NCBI GenBank assembly: GCA_051362555.1
Contig: CM120642.1
Coordinates: 32,240,001 to 32,304,000 of the forward strand
DNA length: 64,000 nucleotides
Origin: Lingula anatina
Taxonomy: Eukaryota; Animalia; Brachiopoda
Reading direction: 5' to 3'
In this document: one piece after another, positions 53,401-64,000 of the stretch
Position numbering within the stretch: the first letter of the stretch is position 1
Layout of the letters: every line of letters begins with the position of its first letter
Notes under the pieces: model-generated
Told to the model about the DNA's origin: nothing
What the model saw: only the letters and a program-made list of their open reading frames with translations
Database searches by the model: none
Translations under genes and position numbers: made by a program

Positions 53401-56400
53401 TCCATTACCGTACTGCACATTTTTACGGAAGCCGACTGGTGCCATATGTTGAAAAAAAAAATTATCTCGAAATTTCGAGATAGCATTTTTTTTGTTCAAA
53501 TTTCAAAATACTATCTCGAAATTTCGAGATAAATTTTTTTGCTCAAATATCAAAATGCTATCTCGAAATTTCGAGATAATTTTTTTTTTGTTCAAATTTC
53601 AAAATGCTATCTCGAAATTTCGAGATAAAAATTTTTTTTGTTCAAATTTCAAAATAGTATCTCGAAATTTCGAGATAATTTTTTTTTCTACATATGGCAC
53701 CAGTCGGCTTCCGTACATTTTCCTTTCACCACCAATATGTACTTTCTGATACAGCGTAACTCGAAAACCGTATGGAATACAAAAAAACCGAGACCACCTC
53801 CAGTGTTGGGCTTTACATGCTCTACAAAATGCAAAAAAGAATGGGTCTCTAGCATTAACGGTTCCCGAATTAGAGACAGTTTTCAGTTTCGGTATCTTAT
53901 GGCCGCTACTCCTGTGAAAATGCACCGATTGACCCCAAATTCACGGAGATGAAAGATGACCTGAAGGGTAACACTTTCCAGTAATATTATTGGTTAAGTC
54001 TGTGTGGCGTCTGAATAACAGGGCAAAAAAATTTTTTTTCGTAAAAAATTTCATTTTTTTGAAAATTTTGACCCATTTGACCTTGAAGTAAAGGTCAAAG
54101 GTCAAATCCGAGGGTATATTTGAAATCTACACATATGACTTTTGGAAAGCCGTCTATAGAAATTTTTCCCGTAACTCCTTCTGTAGGGTAGATAATTAGC
54201 ATTTAATTTTGCCATTTTTAGACAAGGGTGCATTGCAATGAGTGCCACACCCAGACCCCAATACCGACAAAGCCCAAATTTTACGTGGAAGGAGTTGAGA
54301 TTATAGGTGACCTAAATCCATGAGATGGGTACGGGGGCCCTTACCGTCTAGGAGGAGAAGCGGTAACGGTAACATGGCGGCGGAGCCGGCGGAACGGACC
54401 GGACGGGACCGAAACCATGTGTACCGCCAGCGCTAACGCTGGTGGTAAATTTTTTTGTTCAAATTTCAAAATAGTATCTCGAAATTTCGAGATAATTTTT
54501 TTTTCTACATATGGCACCAGTGGGCTTCCGTACATTTTCCTTTCACCACCAATATGTACTTTTTGATACAGCGTAACTCGAAAACCGTATGGAATACAAA
54601 AAAACCGAGACCACCTCCAGTGTTGGGCTTTACATGCTCTACAAAATGCAAAAAAGAATGGGTCTCTAGCATTAACGGTTCCCGAATTAGAGACAGTTTT
54701 CAGTTTCGGTATCTTATGGCCGCTACTCCTGTGAAAATGCACCGATTGACCCCAAATTCACGGAGATGAAAGATGACCTGAAGGGTAACACTTTCCAATA
54801 ATATTATTGGTTAAGTCTGTGTGGTGTCTGAATAACAGGGCAAAAAATTTTTTTTTCGTAAAAAATTTCATTTTTTTGAAAATTTTGGCCCATTTGACCT
54901 TGAAGTAAAGGTCAAAGGTCAAATCCGAGGGTATATTTGAAATCTACACATATGACTTTTGGAAAGCCGTCTGTAGAAATTTTTCCCGTAACTCCTTCCG
55001 TAGGGTAGATAATTAGCATTTAATTTTGCCATTTTTGGACAAGGGTGCATTGCAATGAGTGCCACACCCAGACCCCAATACCGACAAAGCCCAAATTTTA
55101 CGTGGAACGAGTTGAGATTATAGGTGACCTAAATCCATGAGATGGGTATGGGGGGCCTTACCGTCTAGGAGGAGAAGCGGTAACGGTAGCCGTCCGGCGG
55201 AGCCGGCGGAGCCGGCGGAACGATCCGGACGAGACCGAAACCATGTGTACCGCCAGCGCTAACGCTGGTGGTACAACTACAGTTTCTGCTTTACATCCTT
55301 ATCAACATAATGCTTCCACCTACTTGTAAAATCTGAGAGAAGGTTCCGAGCGGATATCAGCATTGTACTGATAGGGTTCCATGGAACCTACGATGTTGGG
55401 GTTCTTCGTCTCGTTGGTGATGTAGCCATACTTAGTCCTGACTTCATCATAATCCAGCAAATTTGAACATTTGTGCTGGCCAATACGGAAGGCGTCGGGG
55501 CTGAGGGCCAGTTCAAAATTGGACAATATATTGGTGGAAATGACTGGCAGCATGCCGTCTCTGTGGGGAATGGTCACTGATAGCCTCACCATGTTGGGGT
55601 GAGTGGGATCACCAGGTCCTGTAAATACAATTTAAACAGAATGTGAAACAAATTGGCTTTGAAATGGATTCAGTGCAACCCTTGGCAAAAGCTGCTTTTT
55701 TACACTTCTTGAAGTACACATAGAAAGTGAAAAATTAAGTTAACTCTGGATAAATATTTTTACTCTTTGAATTCTCACTGGCATAAGGAAGAAAAATAAT
55801 TGTAAGAAATACTTCTAACAAATGATACAATACACCCATGTATTAATGTTCTTGCAGAACTCCATTAACCAAGGCATACATAGACAATTTGCATTTACAC
55901 CAATCACTGTAAGTTTCTCCTATTTTCAATTATTTCTCAAGTGGCTCCATACAAGTACCTGTGTATCTGAGTTTGGCAGTGAAGGGTTCCGCCCCCACTG
56001 ACCCCATCACGCGGGGCATACAGATCCCCTCGTCACTGCTCACTGTCACCACTGGACTGAGCAACTCCAGGCCAGGGTCACCGTCTTCGTTCACCGCTCT
56101 GGCCGCACACTGCACTCTGCTTCCTGTAGAGAGAATATTTCCTCTGTGTCAGGCTATTGAGTGTTGCAATTATAGTCTTATGAGCACGTAAATGGTGAGA
56201 ATGTATTTTTTATTTTTAAAACACTTAAGCTTTTGAAAATGGCTACAGCAAACTGAAAAATAAAATTTTTCTGAGCTGTTATTCTTCAGGATGTGCACTA
56301 GCTTGATCAAAGTTATTGAAGTTTTTAAAAGTATAATTAGAAAATTTTTTACCAAACTTTTATTAAAGCTGTTCAAAGCAATCTTTATTTTGTATGTATA

Positions 56401-59400
56401 ATAAAATAATTGATCTAGATCAAGAAGTACAAATGTCAATGAAAACAAATAAAACTCAACTCACCTCCACTGAAATAAATACTGTCAAGGGTAATCTTAT
56501 GTGTATTTGTGAAGAAGGTGTTCGACGAAACATCATTCAGCTCACTAGTGACGCCATCTAGGTAACTGGGCGCTGACACACGCCAGCGAAATATAGTCTG
56601 CGTATCGTTGATACCCTCACTGGTACACAGGGAACCTGTCTTGTAGTATTCTGGGTGCTTTGGGTTACAAGGCTGAGAGAGAAATATGAATGAAAAACAT
56701 GTACCAGTTCTCCATCAACACTGCCCTAAATGCAGTCCAGATGTATGATGTGAAGTCTAAAGCAGAATCAAAATAATACAAAATGAGCGGCATCCTGATT
56801 TATTGCTTATTGCCTTCATTAAAAAAACATGCCTTGATGGTTGCCTTCTACCTAAATATATCACATTTCATGAAAATTTATCTCAGAGCCTATAACTTAT
56901 CAGACTATAAAAGTTAGAAAATTTTACTATGTTGTTTATGAGTTTTTGGCAGTACTGAGTTTTTTAAATGCAGCAGCGATTGTCATAAAATGCCAAAATT
57001 TATTGTACTCCTATATACCACAGAACTACCTAATGTGATTCCAAAACAAATCAAGAAAGTGGATAACTAGAGTAAGAGAGAACATCAACCTACTGTGATA
57101 CATATAACAGGGTAACCTTGGACTGGATTAGGTGGAGCATTCTTGGCATCATCATAGTTACGCAGGGACACCACCATTGGCGGAGATGGAAACGTGACAT
57201 CCGCCATCTTGTTCATTTCTTCGATGTACACAATTGCTTTGTTCATCTGAAAAGTAAGGAATGAATTGAAACTGTTGAAGACGAATCAGGTAAAGCAGGC
57301 AAAAGTGAGGTTCATAAAGAGAGGTTCATAAAGATACTTTGCTGCAGAGGGTTCCTGAGCTTACTCACTATAGTGCAATATATTGACTAAAGCTAAAACC
57401 TTCTTCAAGAAATAATGAGCATGTGAAAATAATGAAATATAGAAATTTCCTCTAGATTAATATGCTATAAACTATAACCTAATATTATATAGAGTAGATA
57501 TATATTAAATCTGAAAAGGTAATGGCTTGATCTTTTCAATGTGGAAAAATGTGAATTTTACAGATACTGTATTTTTTAAGTTATTGAAGTTTGAACATTC
57601 CTATGGTCCAGGAATGGTAGCAACAAAATTGTAAAGCAGGTTACCTAGACATGTAACAGTAAAAACACCACAAGTGCTACAAAGAAATATATTTTTAATG
57701 ATTTTAAAATTATGTATCTGAAAATTTGATAATTTGTCTCCATTGAAAGGATTGAGTCATAACCGTGACCTGAAAACAGATGAGAACTCACCTGTACATC
57801 TGCCACCATATTTCTATCAGGTTTGATGTGGACAGTGAAGGCCTCTCTCATTTCCCTCTCTCCATCGTACAGCACCTCTACCTTAATAACATGGCGGGAC
57901 ACATTCAGTCCAAACTCCAGTTCTGAAATATAAATAGGTATTTTTTAGTTTTTTTCATATTGTTGCAGTTATGTATATAAGGTGTTATCACAAAACAATT
58001 CTTAGGACTTAGTTCTGAGGAACAGAAAACAAAATCAAAGAAGACATTTTCAATTTTCTCCATTTATCCAAAATGAAAAGAAGTTTTAATAAATTAAGAC
58101 TTTTTAACTGTTTCATGAACAGGAATGGCCACTTTTTTCAAAGGACTGAACTAAATAGGCAAACTCGAGCTAGTACAGAGTATGAGTGTTTGAAAGAACT
58201 TTAGTATTTTGACATAAGAACCTATCTGCTTTCAAAAGAAGCATTATTTTACAACAACTTACCTTTAGAGAAGCCATGGTAGTCATTTCCAGGCCCAGAT
58301 TTAGCCGATCCATCTTTGGTGTGAACACGCACTATGGAAGTTTGTGAAAGATCTCCTAAACGCACAACGGGGATCTCTACAGTGGCAATCTCTCCACTAA
58401 ACATAGGCTCGTTAACAGAATACTTTGTCCTCTCAAACTTAATGATGGGTTCTGTAAAATGGAAAATGGCAAAAGGTGTCAATTTTTGCTACATAGCAGA
58501 AAAATTGTACACTAGAGGAAACAGACATATTTGTCAATAGGTAAAATAGCTCTAAAAAAACATAAGAAGATTTTATTATCTCCATTTTTTTTCTTTATAT
58601 CTTTATTTAAGTTTCACCTAAATGTTAATAGTAAATCTCTTTGGAAGTGTTTCTTGCAGCAGAAATAAGTGTCCTTAATCCCCTCTCCCTGCAAAAAAAC
58701 AACAAAAGTTGAAAATTTTGTGTAAACCTAATTCATCTTTTCAACTGCCTTTTGCTTAACCACAAAACACAAGAAACCCATTTATAATATAAAGCACATG
58801 AACACTTCAGAACTGTGACAGCGGTTGAGTCTAGATTCCAGGCTCCTGATAATCGCTTTCTGGATCGAAGAATAACAATGTCACGCTACAGACTATTATT
58901 TCTGTAAAGTCTTTGTCCAAGGTAAGGTTTCATTTTCTGGTTATTATCTTACACTGAACATGAAACTCGTCAAAGAAATGAACAAATTGGAGCAAAATAC
59001 TACATTTCTGATTTTGCTATGTGCTATTATTTTGGTAAAGTGATTCCAAATAATCAAAATATGAAATGCACTGCCTTGCTATAACCATTATTAACATCAA
59101 TTCAAGTTGCAGTTAAAACATAAAATGTCATAAAATTTTCTGAAAAAAGTAATAATAATAATAATAAAAACTTTTTCAGACCCCACCCCTCTTCCAAAAA
59201 ATCTTTATTTTGCTTGAGTGGTTTTACCCTGGCAGTATTATTATCCCTAGAACACACCTGAGACACTTAAAGGTAAAATCTCTCCCCAACTTGTGTCTTG
59301 GTGGTAACAAGGTATTAGTCACGGATACAAGCACCACTGCAGGGTAAACAGATTTGGTATTTTTTCAAAACAAGAGTATCATTTTCTTTGTTAGTTGGCA

Positions 59401-62099
59401 GTGCAACCCAAGCAATACCTTCTTCTGAAAGGTGGTATTTGATTGCGTGATAGTTTTTGTATTCTCTTACTACCTATCAAAAGTTTGTGGTTTGTATGCC
59501 TTATTTAACAATCAAAGTGCTGCAGGCAGATTTGAAACCACAGCAGTGTCAAATATACAGATTCATCTCTCTGAATGTCTAGGTGGCCTCTTTAACACCC
59601 CAAACAAACACACACCAGCAGCCAAGGAAGACACAAAGAACAGTAGTACTACTTCAAATGCCAGCAGTTAAGAACTTTAATAATGACTTTACTACACTTC
59701 CAATTTGTCATGAAATTCTATATGCACCTGTTGAAAATTCTTTTTTTTTGTCAAAAACACATGTAAACTAATTATCATACAGATGTATATGGTTTCAAAC
59801 AAAAACATGAATAACACCTGAAGTGTGCTCCATATTTAGGCTTTGACCCATAAAATTGATCCCAACTGGAACAGTACATCATCTCAGAAAACAAAAGAAA
59901 TCTCCAACTTCAGAAACGATTGGATGTTAATATTTTAGCACACATTTAACAGTGAATAAGAGCACATTCACAACAGCAGACTAACTGATCCACTGATTAA
60001 ATATGGCCGACCTACTTGAATGCTTGTCACGTAATCCCCACAGGATTCTTTTCAGTGTCTATTACAGTATTATGTGGCAAACTTTTAAGTGGGCCACCAT
60101 ATATGATCCACGGACTAGTTAGTTCCCTGTTGTGAATGTGGCCTAACTTACTGTCTCCAGCATCCTTGACGACAATGGTGGTAAAGTTTGGACTTCCTAT
60201 CAAAGCTCCTCCAGCAGACGGGCTGCTGGGGCTACCAAGAACCAGGCGAAATTGTTCCTCTTCTTCCTCAAACTCAGAATCTCCCATTAATTCCACAATA
60301 CAAGGCTTTTTCACTTCTCCTATAAAATAAAATTGAATAATTCCACTAACCAGTGAAAGATCTTTAATGTCTACCATCAAATGACATTATATATAAAGAC
60401 ATAAATTATACATATAAATACATTCAATATATGTTTTACATATTGCAAAGAGTAAAACAAACCCTTATTATTATTACGCTAAAATGGAGTCCATGACCTT
60501 TTGATAAGGTGAATACATCATGATCTTCATTTCAACATTAGATCCAGTATTAGATATAATTTTTCATTATCAATAAAAAATACTTCACTTTGCATACCTG
60601 GCAAAAAGGTAACAATAGAAGCATCAGTGTCTGGCCTCTCACTGTAGTCCATCATAACCCTGGCTGTGTCTTGTCTTGTGTAGCAGCGCACAGTTGCTAG
60701 GTGACTAGTATCGCCTGTGCGTCTGATCATGGTCCTCACAACACCGTCATTTTCAAAACCCATGTACATGTCCTCTTCAAAGTGGAATTTTGGTACTGGA
60801 AATGTGAACCACAGCATATTTAGACATAATTCATTATTAATTTAATTTGCAGGTGTCCTGTATAAAGTTTGCAAGGCTTTCTTACCAAGAAAAATATATC
60901 AAATCAATATTTTGGTATATATGTAAAAAGACACTCAAGTACACTTTTCATGTCATTAAAAAAGGAATTTTAATAAGGACACAGCTTGGATACAGAATAT
61001 TTCAATTATTCTCCTCCAATGAAGATTTTGTAAAGAAAGTGCAGTTTAACTCATTCTGATGGGGCATGCTTCCTTTGACCACTGCATGGATCCTTTTTTC
61101 TTTCAAAGACTTAATTCTGATATACGGAAGAACTGCAGACAAAGATCTTTCTGGGTTTGGGAAAAGGGAGGGGGACATGTTTCCCAATGAAAAACAGATA
61201 AAAGGTGCAGCTTAGAGCACTATCAAGATCATCAATCACATCTCTGTGGTCCCCAGTGTGGGTCTAGTCTCCCTCAAGGCAAAAAACATTCTATTCTGGT
61301 ATTGAAATCATTTTATGTAATCTCTGATTTTATTTCCATAGTAACTATATCCGTTTCTCATTTGGTAACAGAGGTATTCAACCCTTAAACTTGACAAACC
61401 ACAAAAAACCAAGTCTGGCCTCTTCAAAACCATGCAACCTGATATCAGAGTGAAAATCATAACAATATGCTGGCTTTTGGCTTTGGATAATAACAATTTG
61501 CAACTAAAACTGCTTGTCTGGCCTTTTCAGTGGTTTTTGGTTAACAAAATGACTGCTAAATCTATCTAGCAGACCAAAAAATGAAAGGAAAGCATCCAAC
61601 TTAATTTAAATGTAAAATTTCAAATCATCACAAATAACCCTCCTTAATGATGACAATTTAATGCACACATTTTAGAAAAACATTTTAGTTTAACAAAAAT
61701 GCCAATCATTTGTAACTGCACGCAATGTTTAATTAAAATCAACAAAATTGAGAAAATCTAATCTAATCAAATTTTCTCAGCCATTATCAAGTATGACCGA
61801 GTAACTAAAAGATGATGTAAGAATACCACATACAGTCAGTGACTGAGTCGTTGATAACGACCAATGCCTTGCTGGGCTCTCCCATCATTCCTCCTGTGGG
61901 CATCCGTAGGACCAGCTGGAAACTCTCGGGACCTTCCAGTCTGGGCTGACCAAGGTCATCCAATATGGTCACCTTGACCGTCTGCATGGTCATCCCAGGG
62001 GCAAAGTTTACCACTCTGTTGATTGCAGAGTAGTCTAAGCCAGCTGAATGGAAAGATATGAGAGTGTTATTATTAATAATATTAGTTCAAACTTCTCCA

Positions 62100-62136
<37 letters not shown>

Positions 62137-64000
62137 CCATCCATCTATGAAAATATGCATGCATGCTAGTCTACAAGCTAGTGGGCATTATCTAGAAAAA
62201 ATTCCACAATAAGCCCCCTAACCCAGTAAGGCATATGGCAAAACTTACTCCCATTTTCAGATTTTTCTGTGACAAAACTTACACTGTTGCAGCTCATTTT
62301 TGTACTCACCTTGAGAACCCTTCTGTTTGCGTTAATGCAACCAATATCAAATTTAACTATCATATCCAAAGCAGAGTATCATTATGCTTGTTTTATCATG
62401 AAAATACTTTTTAAATTCTGTTAAAAATCATCTGCTATCTTAAGCTACTCAATAAAAATATGCCAGTGAAATCCATCTGAGAGTCTATATCTTTTACAAT
62501 ACTTGAAGTCAAATGACCAAACAAATTCAAGATATATATATGGAATATATTATATATATATATATGTTAAATGTGGAGCCAATAGATAAGTTGATGAGTA
62601 ATCACTAATATAGCCAAGGTAAGCTGTAACTTTCATGCCCTACCTTCAGCGGAGACAGGTTTGGTTTTTTTGGACCTGATTGTGACACTGGAGGTCTTGC
62701 TGAGATCTGTTCCAGTCCGCCATATTTTAACTTCAACAAAACCATCACTCTCATCAACCTCATATTCTGATGCTCCCAGGTAGATAGCAGGCTCTGAAAA
62801 TAAATGTCATGTTGGTAAGGGTTCATCTTTTACATTTTGCAGATATTTGTTTTATTTTTTAACTAAAGCCTAAGAAATGATTTCTACATGCTTAAATGAT
62901 TCTGACAAAAATATTGTAATCAATGTCCATAAGAGATTAAAGTGACACAAAACATGTGCTTTTACACATCAATAATGACTTATTTGTTGTTTTCAAGCAA
63001 TACTTTTCCTACAAATTAACCCAAACACAACTTTACTCAGAGTTAAACGCATTATACTTGTATGCCATGTAGTGGTGTTGTAGTTTCTTTTCAACTTTGC
63101 AAGAAAAGAAAGAATACTCAATATTGTTTAAGTATAACATAACAAAGCACCCTGCAGAGACAGTTACTTATCTTTCCTCTAATTAGTGCTTTGTACGACC
63201 TATACAGACCCCTGAAGTAAAACCAGGCATAAAACTGCCACTGTGCTTCAAAAACAGAAGCCACTTTATATTCCATAATGAGCCTTTCTTGCTGACCCCA
63301 GTGACCCCTAGCAGCAAGATTCTGTCTGCACAACAAAAGGCCACATTTTTTCAGAATGAAACAGTTGCTGCACAGCGGGAGGTGTGAGGTTTGATTCACA
63401 CAGGGTTACACAGTTCTGTTTCTAAATAAATATACTTGTAAAGCGCCTCATTCATGTGATGGCAAAATTGAGAACTGCTGTCAAGGAAGTAATGAAAAGT
63501 CATATATATATATATATATATAGCTGCTCCAAACATTTGTATAGGAATCTGGAGATGATTATAATATTTAAGCCTAAATTCCCATCCCCACATTTAATTA
63601 CCAATTTAACGCATGTACGCACGCACATACTCACACACATATGCACAATCTGTGCACAAACACATACTGACCCTCTCCTCCCGCATGCATGTGCGCGCAC
63701 ACACACACACACACACTCACACGCACGCACGCACGCACGTACGTTATTTTACATCATCAACCTACCATCATCTTTGTCCGGGGCAATGACCACTTCTGTC
63801 ATGTTATGTTGCCCCACCTTCCCTCCCATAGGCATGGTCAGAACAACCTGGAACCTTTCTTCCTCCTCAAACAAGGAGTCATCAATAATTTGAATGTTAC
63901 AGAACTTGGTGTCCTCGTTCTTGTCAAAGCGCACCATGCTGTTGTGGTCTTCGGGTCTGGTGATGTAGTCGGAATAGGAAGTGACAGTGGACGGAACGGT
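47696..64000 (-). CDS. FREM2: FRAS1-related extracellular matrix protein 2 / ECM3-like; 3' portion only (Calx-beta repeats, C-terminal domain, TM segment, PDZ-binding tail)
   Basis: Approximate exons: 63763->64000, 62644-62792, 61834-62043, 60598-60795, 60151-60318, 58263-58451, 57792-57921, 57090-57246, 56465-56672, 55958-56123, 55325-55618, 50880-50979, 50484-50681, 50221-50326, 49720-49847, 49234-49496, 48901-49088, 48427-48573, 47696-48220. Motifs [85 protein letters not shown], furin-like RRKR, a hydrophobic TM segment, and terminal DSSEV*. Confidence 0.93.
51116..51223. repeat. Degenerate 27-bp minisatellite, 4 copies
   Basis: aactgaacttctgcactaacacatttg / aaccaaacttctacacttatacaattg / aactgaacatctacactgatacaatgt / aactaaacttctgcacttatacgctta. 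Confidence 0.7.
51612..53180. repeat. 146-bp tandem satellite, about 10.8 copies, inside the HINE element
   Basis: Units start at 51612, 51757, 51903, 52049, 52195, 52341, 52487, 52633, 52779, 52925 and 53071. Consensus begins aggtcaaaggtcaatttcaaggtcacagtaagattgccagtatatgacttcctattcaacttcaatagtaactatggacctatctctgccagttttggagataaaaggg. Confidence 0.97.
53424..53715. mobile_element. Nested palindromic MITE (292 bp) with 6-bp TSD
   Basis: TIR TACGGAAGCCGACTGGTGCCATATGT and its exact reverse complement ACATATGGCACCAGTCGGCTTCCGTA. CATTTT on both flanks (53418-53423, 53716-53721). Five internal copies of the palindrome TATCTCGAAATTTCGAGATA. Confidence 0.85.
53630..55273. repeat. Direct tandem duplication of about 820 bp (53630-54447 and 54448-55273)
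   Basis: Constant 817-bp offset (palindrome at 53658 and 54475; ORF-track duplicates 53638/54455 and 53925/54742). The copies differ by a few substitutions and by microsatellite length. Confidence 0.95.
62103..62133. repeat. (CT)n microsatellite
   Basis: Directly visible. Other simple repeats at ~50383-50412 (TG)n, ~63500-63521 (TA)n and ~63697-63740 (CA)n/(CGCA)n. Confidence 0.9.

Larger units (their letters stand above)
51395..55276 (-). mobile_element. Non-autonomous Helentron/HINE (DINE-1-type rolling-circle element) in a FREM2 intron
   Basis: 13-bp subterminal inverted repeats TTGTACCACCAGC (51432-51444) / GCTGGTGGTACAA (55264-55276). 5' terminal hairpin TGTACCGCCAGCG-ctaa-CGCTGGTGGTACA with an adjacent GC-rich (CGGA-like) microsatellite. 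Central tandem array. 3' hairpin GAGGCG-atac-CGCCTC (51410-51425) followed by CTAG-TT on the minus strand. No TSD and no Rep/helicase ORF. Confidence 0.85.

Noticed and set aside
53463-53677. Regularly spaced 20-bp palindromes resembling CRISPR repeats
   Set aside because: The intervening ~28-bp segments are variants of one sequence (T-tract-gttcaaatttcaaaat), and the block is bounded by TIRs and a TSD.
53492-54769. Duplicated 85-133 aa ORFs on both strands
   Set aside because: They lie within the non-autonomous repeat and show no recognisable domain. They recur only because the DNA is duplicated.

Overview
AT-rich, intron-rich animal genomic DNA, probably a lophotrochozoan invertebrate such as a mollusc (inference; the species cannot be determined here). 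It is not prokaryotic and has no CRISPR array, rRNA or clear tRNA. Six spliced genes were reconstructed by hand from splice sites and protein motifs: the last exon of an SLC13 transporter (+), PKN (-, 21 coding exons), HMCES (+, 9 coding exons, almost entirely missed by the ORF track), a WW+PIN SWT1 nuclease (-), MAN1B1 (+) and the 3' part of FREM2/ECM3 (-). PKN/HMCES and SWT1/MAN1B1 are head-to-head pairs. The most unusual structure is a 3.9-kb Helentron/HINE-type element in a FREM2 intron. It carries a 146-bp satellite with a 4-monomer higher-order repeat and a DR1 nuclear-receptor motif in every unit, a nested palindromic MITE, and an ~820-bp tandem duplication of its own 5' end. Other notable items are a near-perfect 977-bp foldback element in HMCES intron 1, a cluster of 8 TAGGCCTA palindromes in the PKN/HMCES intergenic region, an overlapping uORF in SWT1 and a GC-AG intron. 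I found no convincing wholly new protein-coding system.
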